Below, piece by piece: positions 15,503-23,350 of a DNA stretch of 24,490 nt. Under the pieces are notes generated by a model, which saw only the letters and a program-made list of their open reading frames with translations, made no database searches and had not been told where the DNA came from. This DNA comes from an uncultured virus (IMG/VR IMGVR_UViG_2912375805_000003) (lineage: Duplodnaviria > Heunggongvirae > Uroviricota > Caudoviricetes): IMG/VR virus record IMGVR_UViG_2912375805_000003; one strand, written 5' to 3'. The position numbers and the translations under genes are program-made. Every line of letters starts with the position of its first letter. Position 1 is the first letter of the stretch.

Positions 15503-15917
15503 ATACATATAATCCCAGTCCGTGTAGAGCCAATGCTTTCACAAAGCATCGCTTCAATGAGTTATTGATTTGCATTGCATTTGGTTTAACAACTGGTTGG
15601 TTTCGATAATCTAAAACAGGAAATAATTCGGTTTCCGTGTGTCCTTTAACCGTTACTGAGACAGATACATAAGTCCCAGTTTCATCCATAAGAAAAGGTT
15701 TATATTCCTCAACAAGAAAGTCTTGATGAGTTCCAGAAACAACCCTGTAGTGTTTGTACTCATTAATAGTTACCGTTGCCTGTGGATCATTCTTTTTCAT
15801 AATCTCCCACGCGTGAGCCCAAGATAAATAATCAAAATTTCCTTTTTTCTTGAGAATTTTATTTAACTTACGACTAAAAAGTTTTTCAAAGTTCGTTGTC
15901 CCTTTGATTTCACTCAT
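15246..15917 (-). CDS. Sak/Rad52-like single-strand annealing protein (DUF1071)
   Basis: KKGNFDYLSWAHAW...FPVLDYRNQP...QINNSLKRCFVKALALHGLGLYVFQGEDIP. Confidence 0.88.
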   Translation of the reverse strand: MSEIKGTTNFEKLFSRKLNKILKKKGNFDYLSWAHAWEIMKKNDPQATVTINEYKHYRVVSGTHQDFLVEEYKPFLMDETGTYVSVSVTVKGHTETELFPVLDYRNQPVVKPNAMQINNSLKRCFVKALALHGLGLYVFQGEDIPTPPRIDTKKLNMLETILEAFNEQMGKDMTKTLIEYVNEQTDKLGLLADNVETIEQLSYEQCALMERAIAAKRKELDKK

Positions 15918-16251
15918 CAAATTCTGCCTCCATTTCAGCAATGTATTTCTTACCTGGTCCGTAATAAGAGATATCAATCAAGTTATCTCTGTCGTACTCT
16001 TCTAGCGCATCAATCAAGCCATCTTCGATGACGTAAATATATTCAGGTTTATTCGAATGCTTCGATAGATGGATAAGATAAACATGATCCCAAATAGTTA
16101 CATGGTTGCCTAAATCATCTTGATCCCAAGCTAGTTCTTCATTCGTCAAAAGATTTCGTCTGATTTTTCGACCACTTGTTTCCTCAATTTTCGGCTTGCC
16201 CCAATCAGGATCAATCAAATATTGATCTAGAGTGGAAAGTTCTTTTTCCAT
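15910..16251 (-). CDS. Hypothetical phage protein
   Basis: 113 aa acidic protein with RBS AAGGAG. Confidence 0.7.
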   Translation of the reverse strand: MEKELSTLDQYLIDPDWGKPKIEETSGRKIRRNLLTNEELAWDQDDLGNHVTIWDHVYLIHLSKHSNKPEYIYVIEDGLIDALEEYDRDNLIDISYYGPGKKYIAEMEAEFDE

Positions 16252-16307
16252 ATGCTAAAATCTCCTTATGATGTGTTTTCTTTGTGACTCTTTGCTTGCC
16301 GGCGGAG

Positions 16308-16436
16308 TCACTTTTTTATTTGTTGCCATGCTTTTTGCTTGTCAATATGTTGTTGGCTTAGGATGATTGGTTTATAGTATTTCCACCAGCAATTAGCAAT
16401 TGCCGTCCCTATTCTTAGCGCTTCAGCTCTATTCAT
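16308..16436 (-). CDS. Small hypothetical protein (42 aa)
   Basis: MNRAEALRIGTAIANCWWKYYKPIILSQQHIDKQKAWQQIKK*, overlapping the Rha stop. Confidence 0.55.
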   Translation of the reverse strand: MNRAEALRIGTAIANCWWKYYKPIILSQQHIDKQKAWQQIKK

Positions 16437-17127
16437 TGTCATCACCAAAAAGTCTCTGTTGTCTGTTCAGTTGATCAATTTCCATACGGATCGCAGTTTC
16501 TGGCAACCACATTTCAATAAATGAAACAGCATCATCGAATCTCTTACGAGGTAACTCGCCATATCTTGGGATTGAAAAGGTACGTTTAAATTCAGACCAA
16601 AATTTTGAGAATACTTTTTTGCTGATTTCTTCATAAGCTCGGCTTTCTTTTCCCCCTAGAACTCCCATAACTTTCATATTTCCTTTTTGCTTAATTTCAA
16701 ACTCTTGTTGTCCGCTAATTCGCATAGTATCTTTAAGCATGGAAACATCTTTTTTAACATCTTTCATTTCTTCTAATTGATAGATCATCATATCTTCAAT
16801 TGTTTGAGGAACAGTATTCTTGCGAATAACATCTTCCATTTCGTTGAATGCTTCAATGTATTTTTGTTTGAAGTAGATAGCTTTCTTTCCTGTAAACCCC
16901 ATAGCCAGCAAGAAAAATCCATCTCTACTAATGAAGAAAACTCGTCGATTTCTGCCATATGAATCTGGTTCATTACCTTCTACAAACATCTGTCCAAAAT
17001 TGGACACATCTTTTTTTAGTGCATCAATATCTCTTAAAACATGTTGATGTTTTTTCTCGAAGCTTTCTGCCACTTGTAAGCTCGTAGTCACAGCTTCTTT
17101 ATTTTTCAAAATTACTAATTCTTGCAT
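16429..17127 (-). CDS. Rha-family regulator/antirepressor with ORF6C-like C-terminal domain
   Basis: TTSLQVAESFEKKHQHVLRDI...RDGFFLLAMGFTGKKA..FKQKYIEAFNEME; C-terminal FSIPRYGELPRKRFDDAVSFIEMW. Confidence 0.9.
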   Translation of the reverse strand: MQELVILKNKEAVTTSLQVAESFEKKHQHVLRDIDALKKDVSNFGQMFVEGNEPDSYGRNRRVFFISRDGFFLLAMGFTGKKAIYFKQKYIEAFNEMEDVIRKNTVPQTIEDMMIYQLEEMKDVKKDVSMLKDTMRISGQQEFEIKQKGNMKVMGVLGGKESRAYEEISKKVFSKFWSEFKRTFSIPRYGELPRKRFDDAVSFIEMWLPETAIRMEIDQLNRQQRLFGDDNE

Positions 17128-17180
17128 TATTTCTTCTCTCCTTTTTGGTATAATTTAGTTAAAAACTGGTGGTGTTTATT

Positions 17181-17684
17181 TTGAATTTTTTTCACTTAAC
17201 AATTTTTCAATGGATGTCAATAATAAGTTTTATATTGAGTACGTTTTTAACAGGGATAAAAATAAAAGGAATGCGCCCTCAACTAGAAGTTGAACTTAAT
17301 GCTTCTTACTTCGCTGCAGATATGATTTATACAAAAGTAATCATTTCTAACTATTCAACAGAACCAGCTATGTTAGTTAATTTAGAACTTTCATCCGCTA
17401 ACTTAAACCGCAGATGGTCAGCTACTCCATTTAAGAAATTAATTGCTAAAGGAGGATCAGTCGATGATAATAGAATATACTCTGAAGCTGTACCGCTAAA
17501 TATTCCTCCTAAAAGTGCTATATCTTGTTACCTTGCATTTGAAGTAGGGAAAATTAATTTTAATAAACTCCTTAATCACCAAACAAAAATGATATTTACT
17601 CTAAATAGAACCCAAATCCACAAAATTGTTGATATCAAAAATACAAACTTCCCAATAGAGAAATTAGTGAAAGAATTAAACTGA
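17181..17684 (+). CDS. Membrane-anchored hypothetical protein (moron, antisense to the early operon)
   Basis: Own extended -10 (TGgTATAAT near 17147), RBS GGTGGTG and TTG start; N-terminal TM helix followed by a beta-rich domain; low GC. Confidence 0.75.
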   Translation: MNFFHLTIFQWMSIISFILSTFLTGIKIKGMRPQLEVELNASYFAADMIYTKVIISNYSTEPAMLVNLELSSANLNRRWSATPFKKLIAKGGSVDDNRIYSEAVPLNIPPKSAISCYLAFEVGKINFNKLLNHQTKMIFTLNRTQIHKIVDIKNTNFPIEKLVKELN

Positions 17685-17726
17685 GTAATAGTAATATACA
17701 TTCTAGTTTCTCTTTTCTATTCATTT

Positions 17727-17906
17727 TTAGTCAGCCCCCTCGGTTGGCTTTTTCGCTCTGTACTCAGCTTCAGCTTCATCAAGCCCCATAAAAATCCAAA
17801 CCATGTAAACAATCGTTCCTATCAACGCTTGCCTGCTTCCCCAGAGGCCTAAAGCGTAGATGATGAATGGTGTGCTGAATACTAGTGCTCTGTTGAATTT
17901 GCCCAT
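17727..17906 (-). CDS. Small membrane protein (59 aa), allele A
   Basis: RBS GAGGTG; MGKFNRALVFSTPFIIYALGLWGSRQALIGTIVYMVWIFMGLDEAEAEYRAKKPTEGAD*. Confidence 0.65.
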   Translation of the reverse strand: MGKFNRALVFSTPFIIYALGLWGSRQALIGTIVYMVWIFMGLDEAEAEYRAKKPTEGAD

Positions 17907-17936
17907 TAACCTTCACCTCTCAAAATGTTCTGTTTT

Positions 17937-18185
17937 TTATAAATCAACTAAATGCTTCTCGATAAATTCTTTAGGTGTTATCTTTCTTGTGCGTAACCTG
18001 TTATAGGATTTGAAAGACAAAAATTTATCGTATAATTCTGTATTGATCCAAACTTCTTGTCCTGTGACCCGTTCATACGCCGCTGAGAAAATTGCTGTAT
18101 TTTTTAGTTCCGACATTCGACGTTGATAAGTAGATGGAGAATAATTGTATTTTTTTACAAAATCTTGTTTTTTTAGTTTTGTCAT
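17937..18185 (-). CDS. Putative excisionase-like DNA-binding protein
   Basis: 82 aa basic winged-HTH-like pattern (LKKQDFVKKYNYSPSTYQRRMSE...VWINTELYDKFL). Confidence 0.55.
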   Translation of the reverse strand: MTKLKKQDFVKKYNYSPSTYQRRMSELKNTAIFSAAYERVTGQEVWINTELYDKFLSFKSYNRLRTRKITPKEFIEKHLVDL

Positions 18186-18461
18186 CGCCTACCCCCCCTA
18201 TCGGATGTCCAATATNCTGAAGCTGTACCGCTAAATATTCCTCCTAAAAGTGCTATATCTTGTTACCTTGCATTTGAAGTAGGGAAAATTAATTTTAATA
18301 AACTCCTTAATCACCAAACAAAAATGATATTTACTCTAAATAGAACCCAAATCCACAAAATTGTTGATATCAAAAATACAAACTTCCCAATAGAGAAATT
18401 AGTGAAAGAATTAAACTGAGTAATAGTAATATACATTCTAGTTTCTCTTTTCTATTCATTT

Positions 18462-18641
18462 TTAGTCAGCCCCCTCGGTTGGCTTTTTCGCTCTGTACTC
18501 AGCTTCAGCTTCATCAAGCCCCATAAAAATCCAAACCATGTAAACAATCGTTCCTATCAACGCTTGCCTGCTTCCCCAAAGTCCTAAAGCGTAGATGATT
18601 AGCGGTGCGCTGAACACTAGCGCTCTATTAAATTTTCCCAT
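18462..18641 (-). CDS. Small membrane protein (59 aa), allele B
   Basis: MGKFNRALVFSAPLIIYALGLWG...; RBS AAGGAGG. Confidence 0.65.
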   Translation of the reverse strand: MGKFNRALVFSAPLIIYALGLWGSRQALIGTIVYMVWIFMGLDEAEAEYRAKKPTEGAD

Positions 18642-18966
18642 CCGCTTGCCTCCTTAAGATTTCCGAAAAATTTGTTTCTAAAAATTCAAGTGTTTTACTT
18701 CTTAAAAATAGATATGTGTCTCTTCCTTCAACTGGATAATAGACAAATCCATTTTTGTTTTTCTCGATATCGATAATATTTCTATATCTTGGGTTCTTTA
18801 AAACTCTAGAAGTAAACCAATCATATTTTCTGTTAATCCGTTCTAGCACTTCTGGCAACGTCATCCATCTACCAGTATCATCAGCTTTTTTTAACTCCTC
18901 ATAATCCACTTGGGAGATAATTACATAGCCTTCTGGAATTGGGATTTTTGCTTCTAGATATTGCAT
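18628..18966 (-). CDS. DUF771-like putative DNA-binding protein
   Basis: IPIPEGYVII..VDYEELK...GRWMTL...GFVYYP...YLF...FLETNFSEI pattern. Confidence 0.7.
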   Translation of the reverse strand: MQYLEAKIPIPEGYVIISQVDYEELKKADDTGRWMTLPEVLERINRKYDWFTSRVLKNPRYRNIIDIEKNKNGFVYYPVEGRDTYLFLRSKTLEFLETNFSEILRRQADGKI

Positions 18967-18981
18967 TAGCTGTTCCTCCCT

Positions 18982-19185
18982 TTACAATTCGTACATAGTG
19001 ATAATCGAATCTATAATTCTGTTTGCTTCTGCAGAAGTCTTTTTACCGTTTAAAATTAAAGATAAGTAGCTTTTGCTAATTCCAAATCTTTCAGCAAGCA
19101 TGGTGTAAGTTAAGAACTTTGAACTTTCGACATATTCTTTGATTTTTTCTCTATCTCGTTGAGTGATTTCTGCAATGTCAGTCAT
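18982..19185 (-). CDS. Cro-like XRE HTH protein
   Basis: 67 aa; LTYTMLAERFGISKSYLSLILNGKK; RBS GAAAGGAG. Confidence 0.85.
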   Translation of the reverse strand: MTDIAEITQRDREKIKEYVESSKFLTYTMLAERFGISKSYLSLILNGKKTSAEANRIIDSIITMYEL

Positions 19186-19199
19186 ACTAAAACTCCTTT

Positions 19200-19976
19200 C
19201 TAACCAATTTCCTCTAAATCCATTTGAGGGTAATATCCTTCTTTTTTTAGTAATTCGTAGATAAATAGACGCCCTTTCTGTGTCCATTTGGTATTCATTA
19301 CAATTTTAGTGCCACCATCGGCTTTCGGGATCTCAGTTGTATGAGATTTTGTGTATCCTTGGTTCATGTGTTTTTTGCACAATAACCATTGGTTACCGAC
19401 TTTTTTCTGAATACCTAGTTTATGAAGTAATTTATTCATCTGTTGTGGAGACATCCCATAATCTGCTGCAATCTGACTAATTGTTACTGAATCTGTAGAA
19501 GATAATATGCTATCTAAATAGGAGATTTTAGGTTCGTACTCTGCAATCTTTTGTTCTGCGATTAATCTTCCAGTTCTTTCTTCTTTTAGTTGAGTTGCTA
19601 ATTGAATGATTGTATCTGGATTAAGCAAAGCTTCTTCTACTTTTTCTGGAGTTAGATAACCTCCATGTTTTCTAATTGCTGGCAACACTTCACTTGTTAC
19701 CCAACGTTTAAATTTTTTGGCAGAGGGAAGTTTTGATTTTAAGATTAAACTGTACAAACCAGATTCGTTGATGATTGTCATCTCTCTTGATTGACCTGAG
19801 GTCGTGATTCGCGACCCCATCTTATCTTCCAAATCTACATGCCGCGACAAAGCATCTTTAGTGTTTGAATAACCCAAAACACTCGCAACGTCTTTGCCTA
19901 CAAAATATGGTTCATCATTTACTAAAATTGTCCGAACTTCGTTTTGTTCGAAATTAAAAATTTGCGGTGTGTTCAT
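19200..19976 (-). CDS. Phage antirepressor (Bro-N plus KilA-C/ANT)
   Basis: EPYFVGKDVA..LGY, INESGLYSLIL.SKLPSAKKFKRWVTSEVLPAIRKHG and TKWTQKGRLFIY motifs. Confidence 0.93.
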   Translation of the reverse strand: MNTPQIFNFEQNEVRTILVNDEPYFVGKDVASVLGYSNTKDALSRHVDLEDKMGSRITTSGQSREMTIINESGLYSLILKSKLPSAKKFKRWVTSEVLPAIRKHGGYLTPEKVEEALLNPDTIIQLATQLKEERTGRLIAEQKIAEYEPKISYLDSILSSTDSVTISQIAADYGMSPQQMNKLLHKLGIQKKVGNQWLLCKKHMNQGYTKSHTTEIPKADGGTKIVMNTKWTQKGRLFIYELLKKEGYYPQMDLEEIG

Positions 19977-20036
19977 ATTTCTCATTCCTTTCTTTTATAT
20001 TCGTAAACAAATTTAACAACTTTTTTCTAAATTCAA

Positions 20037-20065
20037 TTGACAGTATCTGAGTAATACTCTATACT
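20037..20065 (+). promoter_or_regulatory. Lysogenic (repressor) promoter
   Basis: TTGACA-17-TATACT; spacer contains TCTGAGTAATACTC. Confidence 0.8.
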
Positions 20066-20185
20066 AAGAGCATAATTAAATAAGACATAAAAACATTGAT
20101 TTTAAAGCTTTCTTGGCGGTCTGCATTTACATATCAATAGTGTTTTTTGTTGTCTTTTTAGTTGTTAAATCTGTTTACAAGATAT

Positions 20186-20214
20186 AGTATAGCTCATTAC
20201 TCAGAATTAGTCAA
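20186..20214 (-). promoter_or_regulatory. Early lytic promoter
   Basis: TTGACT-17-TATACT on the minus strand; spacer contains TCTGAGTAAT. Confidence 0.8.
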
Positions 20215-20274
20215 ATTATTTCTGCGTATTTTTCTAAACTTTTTTTGTAAACATTTAGAAAGGTTGTTTTATCG

Positions 20275-20595
20275 ATGAATACCTATGAAATAATAAAAGA
20301 CTTGGCGAAGAGGAAAAAGATATCTATACGGCAGTTAGAAATTAATTTTGGATATTCTAACGGTTATCTAGCAAAGTGGAAAAATAATACTCCTAATTCA
20401 GATGAATTAAGTCGGATTGCTGACTATTTCGATGTCTCTGTAGACTACCTTCTAGGTAGAGAAGAAAGAGAAACCCCTAAACATGTGGATTTATCAGAAG
20501 ACGATACTGTTTTTTCTTTTGATGGAAAAGAAATATCTAAGGAGACAATGCGTAAAGCGATTGCAATTGCTAAAGCTTTAGAGGAAAATGAATAG
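20275..20595 (+). CDS. CI/ImmR-like prophage repressor (XRE HTH)
   Basis: IKDLAKRKKISIRQLE...IADYFDVSVDYLLGRE; divergent from the lytic genes and followed by ImmA. Confidence 0.92.
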   Translation: MNTYEIIKDLAKRKKISIRQLEINFGYSNGYLAKWKNNTPNSDELSRIADYFDVSVDYLLGREERETPKHVDLSEDDTVFSFDGKEISKETMRKAIAIAKALEENE

Positions 20596-20600
20596 TTGGA

Positions 20601-21044
20601 GTGATGGTTTGTATGTATTTGAAATTGAAAGAAATGTTGAGCGAATACAATTTGAAAGTAGTTTATATGGAGATGAAAGAGCCTGGTTTCTACTATCCAA
20701 AACCCAGAATCATTTTTTTGAATGAAAATCTATACGGTGAAACTGCAGAAGCCTTTCATTTATCTCATGAACTTGCACATTTCAGCGCCTCTCATTTTGA
20801 ATTTTCAGTTTTGTACGATACTTCTACAACTTTTCACTCAAAATTTGAAACAGAAGCAGATAAAATAGCTATTCTAATTTTATTAAATATCTATATTGAG
20901 AACGAACTGACTGATGAATCTCAGTTTAATCTCGAAAAATTTATGGAGTATTATTCTATTCAGAATAAGCTCAGATACACTTGTTATGCTGTCTGCCAAT
21001 GCTATTTTAAGAAAAAATATTCTTACGCAAGGCAATATGTATGA
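20601..21044 (+). CDS. ImmA/IrrE-family metallopeptidase
   Basis: HELAH zinc motif and ETEADKIA; adjacent to the repressor. The true start may be one of the nearby downstream Met codons. Confidence 0.88.
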   Translation: MMVCMYLKLKEMLSEYNLKVVYMEMKEPGFYYPKPRIIFLNENLYGETAEAFHLSHELAHFSASHFEFSVLYDTSTTFHSKFETEADKIAILILLNIYIENELTDESQFNLEKFMEYYSIQNKLRYTCYAVCQCYFKKKYSYARQYV

Positions 21045-21173
21045 ATACATCAAGAATTATTAAAAAAACCGATTTCAGCAAAACATTAAAAAAGCCCGTG
21101 CTGCAACACGGGCTCTTTCCTCATATATGAGCTTCTACAAAAAAAATCATATCACAGAAATGAGGAAGAAAAA

Positions 21174-21635
21174 ATGGAAAAAGAGATTTTAATAAAATCT
21201 CCAGGAAAAACCTTGATTAAAGTAACTGATGATTCTATTTCAATTATTAGAAAAGGATTTATAAATTTAGTTAATCAAGGTATTAAAGGAGAAAAAACTA
21301 TCCCCTTTAAAAATATATCAGCCGTACAATTAAAAAAACCAGGTATGAGTAATGGTTATATACAATTTACCTTGCTAGGCGGAAACGAAAGTCGCGGAGG
21401 TATATTAGCGGCCACGAAAGATGAAAACACCGTTATGTTTACAAAAAAATATTGGAATGAAATGGAAAATTTAAAAAAATATATAGAGAAGCAACAATCT
21501 ATATTAGATAATAATTCCAAAGAAACACAAATTTCAAGTGCAGATGAAATTAAAAAGTATAAAGAGTTGTTAGATGAAGGGATTATTAATCAAGAAGAAT
21601 TCGATTTTAAGAAAAAAGAATTGCTTGGTTTATAA
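21174..21635 (+). CDS. DUF4429 (PH-like) plus SHOCT domain protein
   Basis: GEKTIPFKNISAVQLKKPG..NGYIQF; C-terminal ADEIKKYKELLDEGIINQEEFDFKKKELL. Confidence 0.85.
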   Translation: MEKEILIKSPGKTLIKVTDDSISIIRKGFINLVNQGIKGEKTIPFKNISAVQLKKPGMSNGYIQFTLLGGNESRGGILAATKDENTVMFTKKYWNEMENLKKYIEKQQSILDNNSKETQISSADEIKKYKELLDEGIINQEEFDFKKKELLGL

Positions 21636-21668
21636 TATTCAATATCAAAAGAGAAAGAGGATCTATTA

Positions 21669-22304
21669 ATGGACGGTATATTTGGTTTTACTGGTATTGT
21701 TTTATTTATTATAGGTTTAATCATGTTAATTGTAAGATTTATCAAAAAAACAAATAAGAAAACACCTATGATTCTCCTTATTATCGGGATTATTTTTACT
21801 ACCGTAGGTTTCTCGCTTTCCTCATCAAACGAGGCAAATGACAATAACAAACAGGAAAGCTCATCATCTGATACTCAAACTACTACATCTAACAGCAGCA
21901 ATAAAAGCCTAACTCAATTTGAAGAATTTTTAGAGACAAATAATCATGACTGGGGTGCTTTCTTAGATAGTTATTATTCTATTACTCCAGCTACTGAGCA
22001 AAATACAGCTTTTACTAAATATATTAGTGGTAAAACATATACTTTTGAAGGAACTGTTATCGAATCAATGACTACTAGAATAGCCATTATAGCAGACAAA
22101 GAGTACGATGATAAAAGTTGGAATGATATTTCTGCAACACCTAAAGTTTCATATGTAATTTTTGCGAAGGACTTAAACAATGCTGATACCTTTACAAAGG
22201 GCGATAAAGTAACTTTTACAGGAGAAATTAGTTCAAGAGGATCGAACATAGAAAAATCCTATGCTCAATGGGATATGATTAATAGTAAAGTAAGTAAAAA
22301 ATAA
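21669..22304 (+). CDS. Membrane-anchored protein: two TM helices, S/T linker, OB-fold-like extracellular domain
   Basis: Hydrophobic N-terminus; GKTYTFEGTV...KGDKVTFTGEI pattern. Confidence 0.7.
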   Translation: MDGIFGFTGIVLFIIGLIMLIVRFIKKTNKKTPMILLIIGIIFTTVGFSLSSSNEANDNNKQESSSSDTQTTTSNSSNKSLTQFEEFLETNNHDWGAFLDSYYSITPATEQNTAFTKYISGKTYTFEGTVIESMTTRIAIIADKEYDDKSWNDISATPKVSYVIFAKDLNNADTFTKGDKVTFTGEISSRGSNIEKSYAQWDMINSKVSKK

Positions 22305-22416
22305 ATGAACCACGCCCCACTAAGAGTTAGATTGTGCACAATAATAAAACCTATACAAAAGAGTGCCATCAGGAGTCACAATGCTTGTAAAGGAAATGAC
22401 AAAATAGGAGGTAACT

Positions 22417-23052
22417 ATGGATAATAGCAATGAAAAACTAACCAAAAAAGAATATCTTGAATTAATAGTTGAAGGCGGTATTGGAGCAATTCCTTATATT
22501 GGTGGCGTTGTGCAGTCACTTTATTTTGGGTCTAAAAACGAGAAGCGTTTCAAACGCATCGAGAAATTCTACAAAAATTTAAACGAATCATTAGAAAACA
22601 TTCGCGATCAAATTCCAGAAGATGTTTTCAACTTAGAGAACAAGGACCAACTCATTGGAATATTCGAAGGGATAAATGACGAGGTAGAAAAATCAAAGGC
22701 ACAAAATAAAATAGATATGTATAAAAATCTTTATAAGAATTGTTTACTTCGAATTAACAACGCTTCATGGGATAACGAGGAGTATTATCTTCTTGTACTG
22801 AATCAATTAACATCGATTGAGATTCAATTGTTAGCATGCTTAATGAGTCGTGGAAACGAAAATTTCACTGGAAATATCAGCATGTCTGGCTATTCACAAG
22901 AGCTAATAGATGGTAGCTTAAATAGATTATCTGATTTTGGTCTGTTAGAAAAAACGATTAGCTCCATAGTATTAGGTGATGTCGGCAAACAAAATATGGG
23001 CTACAAAATATCTCATTTAGGAATTCAATTTATTAACTCAACTCTTACTTAA
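22417..23052 (+). CDS. Hypothetical protein resembling the Abi-alpha/DUF4393-type architecture
   Basis: N-terminal GAIPYIGG helix pair; LNQLTSIEIQLL; C-terminal winged helix LNRLSDFGLL...ISHLGIQFI; RBS AGGAGG. Confidence 0.5.
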   Translation: MDNSNEKLTKKEYLELIVEGGIGAIPYIGGVVQSLYFGSKNEKRFKRIEKFYKNLNESLENIRDQIPEDVFNLENKDQLIGIFEGINDEVEKSKAQNKIDMYKNLYKNCLLRINNASWDNEEYYLLVLNQLTSIEIQLLACLMSRGNENFTGNISMSGYSQELIDGSLNRLSDFGLLEKTISSIVLGDVGKQNMGYKISHLGIQFINSTLT

Positions 23053-23179
23053 GTTTTCTTTCTAATATGACATCTAGACCTATCAGCAATGCAACAATAA
23101 AAAACCAGACATACCAATAATCAACAAATAATCTAAACTCTGGAAGTTCAGTTATTCTTTTAAAAATCACTTTAATCAT
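23045..23179 (-). CDS. 44-aa single-TM peptide, not in the ORF track
   Basis: TGgTATAAT near 23218-23226, RBS AGAGGTG, MIKVIFKRITELPEFRLFVDYWYVWFFIVALLIGLDVILERKLK*. Confidence 0.6.
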   Translation of the reverse strand: MIKVIFKRITELPEFRLFVDYWYVWFFIVALLIGLDVILERKLK

Positions 23180-23350
23180 AATAAACACCTCTGATTGGAT
23201 GATCTAATACACATCCAATTATACCATTAAAACGACAAATAGCACATCCTTGCGCCGGCAAGCAAAAAGGATGTGCAAAAAATAATAAAACCCAAACAAT
23301 GGGCTTCTTTATAGTTCCTATTGTATCAGAGAAAGAGAGCTGATTCAATT

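Larger units (their letters stand above)
17482..18641. repeat. Second N-joined duplication (17482-~17906 repeated at 18217-~18641)
   Basis: Sequence after the N at 18216 restarts at 17482; the offset of 735 bp equals that of the first duplication. Confidence 0.9.

Noticed and set aside
9427..16973. Short alternative ORFs (9427-9657, 9804-9986, 11222-11434, 11845-12240, 12011-12196, 13102-13365, 13584-13796, 16777-16962, 16788-16973)
   Set aside because: Overlap stronger genes on the opposite strand or in another frame; no independent support.
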